The position numbers and the translations under genes were made by a program. This document shows positions 1-11,899 of a stretch of 64,000 nt of DNA, in pieces. How positions within the stretch are numbered: position 1 is the stretch's first letter; each line of letters starts with the position of its first letter. The stretch spans positions 1 through 64,000 of the forward strand of contig RDEW01000014.1 in assembly GCA_011109175.1 (NCBI GenBank), written 5' to 3'. Below the pieces are notes generated by a model, which was given only the letters and a program-made list of their open reading frames with translations, was not told the origin of the DNA and made no database searches. Origin of the DNA: Dicyema japonicum (Eukaryota > Animalia > Dicyemida).

Positions 1-546
1 AATTTTATTTTCAAATCACTTATAATGACTTTATCATATGGAGGGAAATATAGAACACTTTTGCTACATTTATAATAACTGTTATTTGTGAATTTCTCAG
101 GAAAATCAAATAATCTATCAGGGTCTAAGTTAATAAACAAATTTCTTTACATTTATGGTTGTATGCTAATAATTCTAAACGAACAGATAATAAACGTTCT
201 GTAGTAAAAGATTTGCTAGTAAATATCAATTTTATGTCATTTTTCTTCCATAAAAACATAACTTCACCATATTCAGTATTTTTTAATTCAAATTTTGCAT
301 CATTTAAATTTTTATGTAAAATCTTTTTTAATATAATGAGATTACAGTATTATTGATATTGTATGAAACGTCAATTCTTCCTTTAAATAAAACTATAACG
401 CTAGTATCCTCTCTAGCCATCCACATTGGCACTCCATTATCAATTATTTTTGAAATTATAATTTTACTTATCATTGATTTATAAATGATTATACATGAAT
501 ATACTGGTAATATTATTTATTATTATAAACCTATTAATTGGAACAT
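1..546 (-). CDS. LAMP-like secreted/membrane glycoprotein, paralog A (5' part; 3' end runs off the window)
   Basis: ATG 546-544. GT-AG introns 530-504 (27 nt), 345-323 (23 nt) and 150-125 (26 nt) splice in frame to MFQLIVYSCIIIYKSMISK...LFKGRIDVSYNINNT|ILHKNLNDAKF...WKKNDIKLIF...NNSYYKCSKSVLYFPPYDKVIISDLKIK. Clearly homologous to the gene at 24554-25382, with the first two introns at the same positions. Confidence 0.72.
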
Positions 547-839
547 TCACACAACGTTGTTGTCACAATTAATCAAAATTTTTATTAAAATAAAATCAAA
601 TAAATTTAATAAAATATTATTTAATTATAAACATAATTATTAATATTAGCAATATCCCCGGAACCAGAAATATACTGGTAATATTATTTATTATTATAAA
701 CCTATTAATTGGAACATTCACACAACGTTGTTGTCACAATTAATCAAAATTTTTATTAAAATAAAATCAAATAGATTTAATAAAATATTATTTAATTATA
801 AACATAATTATTAATATTACCAATATCCCCGGAACCAGA
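498..839. repeat. 171-bp tandem duplication covering exon 1, intron 1 and upstream spacer of paralog A
   Basis: 498-668 repeats at 669-839 with about two substitutions. Confidence 0.9.
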
Positions 840-920
840 AAAGTTAACAAATTGGAGATTCCACTTTTGCCATGCATCTCTGGACACGCACTGTGAGTCG
901 TTTCCATTTTCTCCTGTTTT
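815..920 (+). other. Conserved segment X (possible first exon of a head-to-head gene), homologous to 55660-55760 (-)
   Basis: caatatccccggaaccagaaaagttaac...catgcatctctgga...cact|gtgagtcgtttc matches caatgtccgcggaaccagaaaagttaac...catgcatctctgga...cact|gtaagtcgtttc. Confidence 0.55.
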
Positions 921-1117
921 TCGGATCCGACCTCAGATCATCCAGATCCTTTTACAAACATAAAATTAAAGATAATTAAATTTAATCCAAAAATTCAAAA
1001 CATTGTACTCTCGCAATTCAAAACATTATGCTCTCGGATTGATTCAAAGTTTGCATCCGGCATCCATTCAAAGTTTGCATCATCCATAGAATTTGGTTAA
1101 ATTTTAATAGTTATATC

Positions 1118-2976
1118 TCAATAAAGAATTTTGAGATCATTTACCATGTTATCAACCATTGTTAGCATGGTGCCAGATGGCTTTATGATTGCAAATAGCA
1201 CTTCATATGTTCCTGTTTTTTCCTGTTCTTTTAGAATGGCATCATGTGATCCACCTTTTTCAGATGTTCCAATTGCCAGTATGGTATGAAAAAAGATTAC
1301 CTTCAATTCACTGGAGAGGTTCTTACATCTTTTAGGGCTTGACATTTTCTCCCTTTTTGTTGGTTCGGATGAATTCAAGTTACATTAGAAAAACACTCTA
1401 TTTATGCGACTGTGGGAACTGGAAAACATTATGATAATTTATATTTAAATGCAAAAGAAATCCAACTAAATCGGTCTAAGAACACAATCTTGTGGTTCTT
1501 TCAAGTATAGTTAAATTATAGTGTTACCCTATTTCATTCACAAAACGTAAATTATTAGGAAGCTCTCACAAACAGACAAAACCAATTTGAATTTCTCTGC
1601 TCAGAGATAGTTATTTCCACAGCGTTGAAATTGCTTTAAGGTAATCGCTCTAGAGAACATATCACAGAATAACTACATCCAAATAGAATGCCACATTATG
1701 AAAAAGCTATGTAATTTAGTTTTAGGTTGGATAATGTTACAAGTGTTCTTTTGAAATCAGNNNNNNNNNNNNNNNNNNNNNNNNNNNNNNNNNNNNNNNN
1801 NNNNNNNNNNNNNNNNNNNNNNNNNNNNNNNNNNNNNNNNNNNNNNNNNNNNNNNNNNNNNNNNNNNNNNNNNNNNNNNNNNNNNNNNNNNNNNNNNNNN
1901 NNNNNNNNNNNNNNNNNNNNNNNNNNNNNNNNNNNNNNNNNNNNNNNNNNNNNNNNNNNNNNNNNNNNNNNNNNNNNNNNNNNNNNNNNNNNNNNNNNNN
2001 NNNNNNNNNNNNNNNNNNNNNNNNNNNNNNNNNNNNNNNNNNNNNNNNNNNNNNNNNNNNNNNNNNNNNNNNNNNNNNNNNNNNNNNNNNNNNNNNNNNN
2101 NNNNNNNNNNNNNNNNNNNNNNNNNNNNNNNNNNNNNNNNNNNNNNNNNNNNNNNNNNNNNNNNNNNNNNNNNNNNNNNNNNNNNNNNNNGTCTAAGAAC
2201 ACAATCTTGTGGTTCTTTCAAGTATAGTTAAATTATAGTGTTACCCTATTTCATTCACAAAACGTAAATTATTAGGAAGCTCTCACAAACAGACAAAACC
2301 AATGTGAATCTCTCTGCTCAGAGATAGTTATGTCCACAGCGTTGAAATTGCTTTAAGGTAATCGCTCTAGAGAACATATCACAGAATAACTACATCCAAA
2401 TAGAATGCCACATTATGACAAAGCTATGTAATTTAGTTTTAGGTTGGATAATGTTACAAGTGTTCTTTTGAAATCAGAGAAGGATCTACATATATTAATA
2501 GCTATTTGTGTAGATTCTAGCAGTAGAAAAATTACACTTTTTGGATTTTGAAACTGTTGAAGATACTATAAACTTTGAATTTCAGGTATCTACGAAGTGG
2601 AGTATGCATAAGCAAGATTTACACAAGTTACCACAAGGCATTTTTACAGTAAAGAGTATTTTTAGCACGAAGGTTACAAAGTTTCTAAGGCTACTAGCCA
2701 GAGTATTGAAAATTACAGCAAAGAGCTCGGATTCCATAAATCAGTTAATGAAAATGAGTCAAAGTCATCGAAAATCAGATAGTGATTATGAAAAAAAATT
2801 GCCTCTCTACCAATTGGACATTGTTCTAAGATGCTACCAATAACCATAACCTCATTCTCATAACTTTCACGAAAAATCGTACTTCGGAAAAAGTTTATTT
2901 TACTCCCAGAATACAAAAATGTCGACTGGTGATTTTTTTCATACTTCACTGACTTAACTTGTATATTTTTATACAA
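1118..2976 (-). other. Unresolved candidate multi-exon host gene or pseudogene spanning the gap
   Basis: ORFs 2713-2976 and 1118-1378 lack TE motifs. A 23/26-nt GT-AG segment (gtaattttcaatactctggctag) removes the stop after LWNPSSL and extends the frame. No family recognised. Confidence 0.25.
1474..2477. repeat. 287-bp sequence duplicated on both sides of the 430-N gap (probable contig overlap)
   Basis: 1474-1760 equals 2191-2477 apart from a few SNPs. Confidence 0.9.
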
Positions 2977-3199
2977 AAGTTTTAACTACCCGTTAATGCA
3001 TTAACTACTTCAATGAAGTGATGCGTGATGTTAAGACGAATTATATTAAAAAAAAGAATCCATTTCATAAAGATGTCTTCCGGCGTAATTGATAAATTTA
3101 CGAAGGAAATCAAGTCTACAGATTCATTCTTTGGAAACAAGGTGAGCATTTGTGTCCTGAAAAGAGATCAGAAACATTGAAAAGATAAAACTTATATGG

Positions 3200-3420
3200 T
3201 ATGAAATAACTTCATGTCCACCCTAAGCAAACACTTCTGCCTCACGAGGATCTGGATTACTCTTCGTGGCTAAACAGATCTGAGAGCACGCTTTTTGTAA
3301 AAATTGAGAATGAGAAATTTTTTTAAATGCTATATGGATCAAAAATCCGTTCAAGGAGCAACGAGTTTTTACATTTAATGCGTTGTATTGAAAATGAATT
3401 CGAAATCATGCTGATTAAAC
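3200..3420 (+). mobile_element. Degenerate hAT transposase fragment
   Basis: SWLNRSESTLFVKIENEKFF resembles the hAT VRWLSRG..L.RF..L motif. Confidence 0.3.
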
Positions 3421-3569
3421 AAAAAACGGAATGAAATCTATTCATACGAGTGTAAATCTTACACTTAGGATACTGAGCCACGTGTCTTTCTTCTATATAA
3501 TCTACGTAATTCTAATGTAAATCTCTCATTGGATACCTTCCGTGTATTTACTTGAGACCTCCCTAATAA

Positions 3570-3881
3570 TAATAATAAAGCCTTCTCACGAGAGCCATAG
3601 TATTTATAGCTCCGCATAGGCAAGACACACACTTTATTTAAGTAATGAATAGTTAATTTTAACTAATCGTAGAACCAAGGAATGATCTTCACTTCTTTTT
3701 TTTTCTTGTGTGAGTGTCCTTTCTAGACAATCCAGTTCCGCAGTGAGTATCCACTGATGACGGCGTCACTCGTCAAACCCTTTCTGCATCATAGATGCGT
3801 GGAACCTTCCATTAGGTGAACAGCAGCGACATTCGAACCAGTAGCCTAAGGTACTTAAGCCCAACACCTAACCACTATGAC
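3570..3881 (-). mobile_element. tRNA-derived SINE, copy 1
   Basis: A-box and B-box (GGTTCGAAT) head, body highly similar to 48972-49299, (TAT)n tail, 13-bp target-site duplication ACCTCCCTAATAA at 3557-3569 and 3882-3894. Confidence 0.88.
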
Positions 3882-4015
3882 ACCTCCCTAATAAAGGTAA
3901 TTAATTGATTTGAATTCTGAGAATGAAGTTGTAAATAATTACATCAACTAGTTCTAATGTTCGTGATATGATTAATTTTTTATTGAATCTTTCATTGATA
4001 AATTCTGACAATAAT

Positions 4016-4624
4016 TATAATAATAACAGCTTTTTTACGGAGACGTAGTAATAGCTCCGTATAGGCAGGAGACACAGTTTATTTAAGTAAAGAACAGTTA
4101 ATTTTAACTAATTGTAGAACCAAGGAATTATCTTCACTTCTATTTTGATTTTCTTGTGTGTGGGTCTTTTTTTGACAATCCAGTCTTTGTCCGTCTGTAT
4201 CACTTAGCCTATTCTTCATAAAGATTTTTTTTTCGATACAAAGCTGTCTTTTGTAAGTGTAAAGCAACGTGACAGAAGACTGTGTTGCTGTTGTGTCGAG
4301 TCTTCGCTTCGAGAGCGATAGTTCCAACTTGTCAAGCATTTGTTGAGCAGACCGAGTCGCTGATTGCATGTTTCGGTTTTTAGAGGCAAAAATGATGTCG
4401 TCGACATAGGAAAGAATTAAACACTTTTCATTAGGTTTGTCGCATGTTGTTTTGTAAAGATTGATGAGTTGGAGTGATACTGGAGAGCCTTGAGGGACTC
4501 CATTTGAAAAGTAGCGAGATATTGATTTGATGTTGTTGCAGAGTTCAGATATGAGATGTCTTAAACTTTCTATTAAAGATACAGTCTCACTCAAATAATC
4601 AGTCTCTATCTGTCTTATATACAC
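4016..4624 (-). mobile_element. LINE RT fragment joined to a 3' tail shared with the SINE
   Basis: NGVPQGSPVS and SYVDDIIF RT motifs; 4016-4185 aligns with the SINE 3' half (3570-3736). Confidence 0.82.
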
Positions 4625-5136
4625 ATACCAAAATACATGATTCTAATAATGAATATAAAATCTACGTTGATTTTTGTCATATTTCCATCGACCTTGAAAA
4701 AGTCGTTGATTTTTGTCATATTCCATCGACCTTCCAATCTTGTCAGAGGTTAAATGGTAAGTAGAAGACGTCTCATTATGTTCGGGTTTTCTGTTATCCA
4801 GGCAATAAGTCGTTCTAGGTTAGCTTGTATTCTTTCTGTGGCTCTCTGGATGTTCCGATCTCGCAAGCCAAAACAATATCATCAGTATAAAAGGTTAAAA
4901 TCATTATAAAATTCATTGAGGGTTTCCCGTCAATACAGTGCTTGGCAATAACATAATCAAACTAAAAATGTCCATAGAATGCTCCCTTGTTTTCATGGTT
5001 AAGAAAAAAAACTCAAAGAGATTGAAATCATCCGACTTATAAAACTACACATCCAACCGGTAAACATGATTTACCCTGGTTTAAAATCACCATGGTGAAT
5101 CTAATTATTACATAATAGTCTCTCTAAGCCTGCATA

Positions 5137-5683
5137 AGTTCCAGAACACAATAGCTTGAGAATATTCTATTTTTACAATCCACTAAAGCTTTGGATTTAA
5201 GTACATTCTGTCCAACAGACTGATGTAAATGAAAAACCGCATGAGAACATCAATTTTTTCATTTATTATAGCGTCCAGTTATATTTGGAAAACTTAGCAT
5301 AGAGGACAATTCAGGGAAGGCAAGTTAATTTTTTAACATAAAATTTTCCTTAAAATTTAATTTTTGTAATTTTTAAGAAAATTGTAATTTCCAAAAGCTT
5401 GACTAATCTNAGTTCCAGAACACAATAGCTTGAGAATATTCTATTTTTACAATCCACTAAAGCTTTGGATTTGAGTACATTCTGTCCAACAGACTGATGT
5501 AAATGAAAAACCGCATGAGAACATCAATTCTGTCATTTATTATAGCCTCCAGTTATATTTGGAAAACTTAGTATAGAGGACAATTCATGGAAGGCAAGTT
5601 AATTTTTTAGCATAAAATTTTCCTTAAAATTTAATTTTTGTACTTTGTAAGAAAATTGTAATTTCCAAAAGCTTGACTAATCT
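5137..5683. repeat. 273-bp direct duplication separated by a single N (probable contig overlap)
   Basis: 5137-5409 and 5411-5683 are near-identical. Confidence 0.88.
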
Positions 5684-5929
5684 AGAGTTAAATATTTTGC
5701 AATATTCTCCAAGGTTTCTGATATTTTTGAAAATAAACGGATTTCCTTTCCAATTGGAGCCGCTTGGAGTCGCTCAAGCCAACCAAAGAACGGACGAACC
5801 ACTCACTTCTCATGGTATAGTGGTAAATTGATTTTGTTGCTGAGTACTTGTGTTCGTTTTACATTTATGAATTTTCTAATAAAGTTTCAAGTTCTTTTGT
5901 TTGTTTGTTTAAAATATCTTCTCTGGAAC

Positions 5930-6190
5930 GAGTTTCCAGAAGACTGAGTCAAACGCATTTGTGATTTCCACGATATAAGTACTGTCCTTTGATAGGGATT
6001 GACAGAGTTAAATTTTTTCACAGTATATTGTGAGGGTCGTGAGGTGTGTTGTGGTCTAGTGGTTTGATATATAGGCTAATAAAAGTTCCAGGAATTGATA
6101 GAACATGTACTTCAGTTCACATGAGGCACTGTTATCTGGTCCACAGTCCTCAGAGTTCTCGGTGTCCTGTATAGCAAAAGGAACCCAGTC
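5930..6190 (-). mobile_element. Degenerate LINE RT fragment
   Basis: EITNAFDSV (D..KAFD motif) in a decayed frame. Confidence 0.35.
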
Positions 6191-6734
6191 ATCAGTGTTA
6201 CGATAGCAATCGTACTTTCATTCCATGTGTGAGCATACACCTTATTTTAAATGCAAAAACATTTATGATAACCAATCGTCCAAAGTGGTCAAGGAATCTA
6301 CTATATAGAATTTAGAATTTAAGATTATTATTTCTCTACAAGAAATGGTGAACCACATTACGCATGCTAACAATTTAGGCTTCTTGCATTCAGAAGGCAA
6401 AAGTAGAAACAGAATAAACACATAATATTTTCAATCAAGTAGCCACATAGCACCACGCTACGGCACGTGGGATTTACGTTCATTGAGAGCTAATTTCAAT
6501 GTGCGAATAATCACATTAAATTTTAAATTTTTGGTTAGATTTTCAGTAAATTAAATTTTAAATTTTTTGTTGGATTTTCAATACATTTTGGAAATATTTA
6601 TTTAACTCAAGTTACTTTATTTATAATTTAAAATTTTTTATTTTTAATCTTCGGACATCATGGTTGAAGTGATGACGTGCTTCTGTTTTTTCTCGGAAAA
6701 ATTATGCCTTTTTCATGCTTAGATTCAACTCCTT

Positions 6735-6890
6735 GTTCACCATCGCCACATACAACGTTCTAGGCCTCCCATCTCAAATCAAGGGAAAACAACTTTCTGA
6801 AGATCTGCCACGTTACAAAATTAACACCTGCTGCTTATAAGAGACAAAAAATTTTCCTTGGAGACGAAGCGACTTTTGGAAACTACCAGA
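6735..6890 (+). mobile_element. LINE APE endonuclease N-terminus fragment
   Basis: FTIATYNVLGL...QLSEDLPRYKINTCCL*ETK. Confidence 0.6.
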
Positions 6891-7439
6891 TTATTTTACT
6901 CCCATCAGACAATCGTCATCACCCGTAATAAGATAATTGTCGGAACAGCAGAAGGAAACACGTCCGAAAATGGGAAGATCAAATTCGAATAAAAGTGCTA
7001 TAAAAACAAAGATCGACGAATAAATTTTGTTTGTGGTGATCTTCCTCGGAACAGAGTCAAATATGTCAACTGAGCTGACAATCGTCTTTTGTTTAAGCAA
7101 TCTGTTATGAATTCCTTTGATGTATATAGGTGTCAAAGACAGTCGACGTTCACTCTTTGAAACAAAGGTGAAACCATGCGTCTAGGGGGAAGGGCTGATA
7201 AGTGTCATAACCAGTCATTCTAGAATTCTTGAATTTACAATTATGTATTTTGAAGATATTAGGCATCTTTCTATACACCCAACCGGAATATCATTATTCT
7301 CAGTGTTGAAAGCATTACTGATATCTAGTTTGACTATTGTATGTCCTCGGGAATCTTCAGGCAAATGGGGAGAACTTTTCAAATTTTTATGAATCAATCA
7401 ATATTAGACAAGACAGAAAGTAGACATCTTTTTTTATAC

Positions 7440-8300
7440 TCAAATTTGCCACTCTTTAATATCCTTGTATGCTAAATTCAAAGTCAAAACTGGGTTTTTA
7501 ATTGTAAATTAATAGCTCACTATTTTAGTGTCTATATGCGGTCCATTTCGTTTTCCCTAACAAACACTGGTCCTATTACTTACTGAGATGATAAATATTG
7601 ATCTTGTAAACATAATATGTTTTGATTTTGTCCGTAATCTTCTTTTTCTTCTAACCTAAATGTGCTAGAAAAAAACGATGTAATTTGGCGTATTCAATCA
7701 CTTTCAAGAACATTGGGACTTTGATAAGGATTATCTTTCATTGCTTGCTCACTAGACATGTGAACCACGTGACGCAGAGTTAATACCATCAGGACGGGGA
7801 AAACAAGAGAATCCATTTGAACTTATATAAATAGCATTATTGTTAGGTATTTTGCAACCAACTCACCGACATTCTTGCTGATCCTCCATGTTTAAGTTTC
7901 TGAGCGTTTGTGAGTAACGGAATCAAACTCTGAACGTTGGAGTATGTCTTACAAATTTATCATTTAGTAACGAACTTTAATTTATCCTCTCATTATGACT
8001 ATATTTAAATTGTTTTCAAGAGCAAAGGGTCGTCTAGTAATGTATGGGAAGAAATTTGTCGGTATCAGATACTCTGGCATCATCGATTCAACCTTTAAAT
8101 CCTTAGTGTTTTTCGGATATAGAATGTAGCAAAAAGTCCTTAGATGAAAGAGCTCTTCCGTCGCCACCAAAGCAAATATCGAGGAATTAAAATTCACCGA
8201 CTTCCCGATCCTGTCTCCGGTAAACTGATCTCTGAAGCTCTGGCAACGAAAACTACACCTTGACCGAACATAGAGATTTGATAATCAAAGACTCCATAGA
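7440..8300 (-). mobile_element. Probable Penelope-like (GIY-YIG) remnants
   Basis: VYKIN...LGKTK...FDF pattern; 7979-8072 is also repeated at 11149-11243. Confidence 0.3.
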
Positions 8301-8598
8301 GTTGTCAATTACATGGAGGTCTTACAGGACGGAGTCATAAGAACTAAAATCTCTTCTACGACTTCTCCCACTACAAATGAAGGTAAAATATTTTAATTCT
8401 ATATTTAATCAATTTTTATTTTTTAAAGATTCGAGCTTCACAAGTTTAACAAATGATTTTATTTCATAGCAAGCACTCAGGCTCGTAAGTTAGTTACTCC
8501 GTCAATATCTCGTCCATCCGAAGTAACTATCTACTGCTTAGTTAGATTTTAGTTAACATACTAATTTAATTTAAATTAACAGATATCAACTTGGCNCA

Positions 8599-8991
8599 TT
8601 AATTTAGATCAATTAGCTTGCGGTCTGGTGCTATTTCCATCAGACGTCTTAGTGCATCTTTATTGCTAAATACAATCAACATCATCGTCGTAAACAATTT
8701 CCATAATATTGTCACTGTAATACTTCCGGAGATCTCGTAGAAAATATTCAAAGTATACAGCGAACAATACTGTAGATTGTGAGTCTCCTGAGGTATGTCA
8801 TCGTTGTTACGATTTCTTGCAACATAAATATTCCAATGCGGACTCACAACACTGCGTTTGATGGGATTATCTGTAATAGGTGACCGAGGCTTTATAAAAG
8901 AAGCTTCCAATACTTCAATAAGTATTCCTCGACGGACACTGTCGGAAGCTCTGGTGAGATTAATTCCAGAATAGTCCTTGAAAATAAACAA
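8599..8991 (-). mobile_element. LINE RT fragment (RTE-like family)
   Basis: NLTRASDSVRR; alternative frame GDSQSTVLFAVYFEYFLRDL...IVYDDDVD. Confidence 0.7.
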
Positions 8992-9060
8992 TTGAATCTA
9001 TGGAATATGTTTTTTTAATTGTTTATTTTGGTCTTTAAAACTGACGATGATTGAAAACCT

Positions 9061-9587
9061 TTGAATGTATACAGAACTATGCTTTCTGTCGCCGCTTATA
9101 TGTGTTCTTTGTTTAAAGGTTTTTCCTACAACAAAGATTATGTGTCTTTTTGGAGATTACAAGTTTCTAAAGTATAGTCGACCTCTCTAATTTAGTGGAT
9201 TTTCGAAGCTGTAGGAACAGATAAGTGGTAGATGAACATCTGATTGGGAATGTAGTCGCTTCTTCTGGTTCTTCCATTTGTGTCGTATTTATGTTCTATT
9301 ACATAAAGTTTATTTACTTAGTTGACGCACTAAAGCGAGCCGTGACTACTGAAGGGTACCCTGATCATGTAGCTGTTAATGCCTGCACGTCTACAATGTT
9401 GAATGCAGCCAATTTATTAATGGAAAATAACTATGATGCACAAAAACTTATTCAGTCTATCAAAGTACCAAAGGGGACCACGGAGGCTGGGTTAAATGTA
9501 TTGGATGAAAGGGAATTCAATGATTTAATTGATAAATGCGTAAATGCTATGATTACAAAGAATGATGAAATCTCTAAATTAACATAA
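9061..9587 (+). pseudogene. PYCR/proC: Pyrroline-5-carboxylate reductase C-terminal half, frameshifted, with two 24-nt introns
   Basis: IFEAVG...VVDEHLI..V.ASSGS...FIYLVDAL...VPKGTTEAGLNVL matches the P5CR dimerisation domain (SPGGTT..GL..L). GT-AG introns 9172-9195 and 9285-9308; 1-nt frameshift near 9224; N-terminal domain not found. Confidence 0.75.
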
Positions 9588-10021
9588 TTTTTTTGTTTTT
9601 TGTTAACGCTTACTTGCATCTTAGTTATTTTTATTAATAAATATTAATTACTATTTTTACAACATTTTAAAGACCAGAAATCAACATTACAAGAAATGAC
9701 CATAGTAGTAATTATTCACTGTATCAGTATTATTAGCTACACAAATTTATAATTCTACGTGGTGTGACTATAACACAAATTTTCAATCTCTCAATAAACG
9801 AGAACAAGATTTCGTCAATGTGGAAGAATCAAAAGAAATGCGAGTTCCGCCATAAATAAAATTGTATGATTCCTTCATCCAAATTATAAGACAATTTTAA
9901 TACTTGGAGTCATCATGAATCCTCTTCTTTCATTCATTCATCAGGTGGACCTGGTAACCGCAAAGATCCAAGAGAAAATTTTCTTGAGTAGGTTTTTCCA
10001 GCTCTCACAAAAAGCTCTGTA

Positions 10022-10900
10022 TTAGATAGAAGAATTTGGATCATTCTTAGACTCGATTCGAAACCTATCCAGCACTGTCATCGATTTATTCCTGTTAACC
10101 GAGTTAAAGGCTTTTGATGGATCTATTCCCAGAATGTGGATTGCATTGCAATATCTTTGATGTGTTGCACATATCCATCTGTGACTCCAAACTGCATCAG
10201 CTGTTGATCTTTCTTCTCTGAACCCACTTTGACATTCGGGTAGGTAGTCATAGGTGGGTCCTTTTATTTGTTCCAATACAATGTTAGCTAAAACTTACCG
10301 TAGAGAATTTAGTAATATAATTGGTAGTAAGTTTTCAACATGTCCTTTGGGTTTTTGATAGGTATTAGTAATCTTGTTCCTAGAGGTAAGTTGAGTTTGT
10401 TGAAAACATTTCATTTACTAGTGTAGCAATTTTTCAAAAAAGAGGTCAGGGCCGTAGTTTTTTTTTTTGCAATGTTGTAATTGGTTCTTTCAAGGGTTGT
10501 TGGCCATCTTTGAATGTTGAGATTGCTGTAGTCAAATTGAAAAGTTTCTCAAAATATGTTCCAATTACCTCCACTTACTTTTCAATATTGTCTTGCCATT
10601 TTTGTGTTTGATGATTAATCATTCTTTCCGGTTTGTGTGGCGTAGTAGACGAACGATCATATACACTTGTGAATTATTTTTTAGTTTGATTTTGCGAAGC
10701 AGTTCTTCTTGGTGGAATGTCTTGTTTAGTCTCCTGATTTTTCTACGAATTCGGTCCCTCTGCCATTTACGGGGACGAAACTTGTTGTTATTTTCCTACG
10801 CAGACGACCCAAGTTTATAAAGGATGTTGTCATTTTTTTTGATTTCGGTTATTTCGGCATTGTCCATGTTTACGATAAAAATCATTTATTTTGCCTGGTA
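10022..10900 (-). mobile_element. LINE RT fragment
   Basis: LPECQSGFREERSTADAVW...LGIDPSKAFNSVNR. Confidence 0.72.
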
Positions 10901-11148
10901 TATTTTTCAGTAGATGTTAGAGAGTTCCCGTAACAAAGAATCATAATGATTTAGTGTGGAGATTTTTTATTAAAAAATTATTAATGACTAAAAATAAAAA
11001 ATAGTAATAAATTCAGTTCCAAATCGAAGTTTAAGTATTTTTGGCAGAGATCCTAAAGTGTTCCAAAAACTGAGGTTATTCCAAAAACTGAATTGTTCTA
11101 GCCCTGAGGTTTGTTCCAAATCAAGGTCGGACTGTAGTAGCGGATTTT

Positions 11149-11243
11149 AATTTATCCTCTCGTTTTGACTATATTTGAATTGTTTTCAAGAGCAAAGTCT
11201 CGTCTAGTAATCTATGGGAAGAGATTTGTCGGTATTAGATGCT
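11149..11243. repeat. Dispersed repeat of 7979-8072
   Basis: aatttatcctctc...gactatattt.aattgttttcaagagcaaag..tcgtctagtaat.tatgggaaga.atttgtcggtat.agat in both. Confidence 0.8.
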
Positions 11244-11899
11244 TTCACGTAATTGGCGCATAAATAAAGACTGAATGGACGCCAATTTACGTTGATTCAT
11301 TTCCTTTAGGATCCGAAATTTCATTTATATCTCATTTCCTAGAAGTGAATTCCAATTTTTTTCGGGGACTGGTTTCACATGGCACATATCATTGCTTTAA
11401 TTTCACAAGAAAAATTTCTTTGGAAAAGTGTCTTTCTTTGAATGTCCGATGTGGTTTCATGAACAATTAAAGTAGAGAAAGTGTTTACTTAAACATCTTG
11501 GATGTTGAAATGGTGGAAAACAATTCCTCGTTTATGCTCGAGCATTTCCACACTAGGAGGAGGTAAATTCTGTCAGAACTTGCTGTCAGAACTTTCGATA
11601 CAATAATTTTTCCGTACTCGAGGAAAATTATTCTAATTATAAATGTTAAAAAGTACTTAAATATTTGAGCTTGAATGACCATAATGTTTTCCTCGACGAT
11701 ATTATTGAGTACGCTCTCGAGGCCATCAAATCTCACATGGGTCCACTGAACATTATAAATAAATAAAAATTAAATTAAAAGCATGCTTAAATAGTTTTAA
11801 CTTTATAGTTTTTTCAATTTGAAAAAAAGTTTATTCAGTAATTAAAATTAGAACAATCTCAAGGAACGAGAATGAGGAACAGATCAAGGCACTTAAAGA

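Noticed and set aside
1230-1270. Harbinger/PIF transposase (GGSHDA)
   Set aside because: No other DDE motifs or TIRs nearby.
1696-2227. Three long ORFs in the ORF track
   Set aside because: They are artefacts of translating the N run.
1474-2477. Biological direct repeats or LTRs around the N gap (also 5137-5683)
   Set aside because: The duplicates end exactly at the N runs, typical of unmerged contig overlaps.
11040-11135. CRISPR-like or iteron repeats (TTCCAAAAACTGA x2)
   Set aside because: Only two copies, no spacer pattern, eukaryotic context; probably transposon subterminal repeats.
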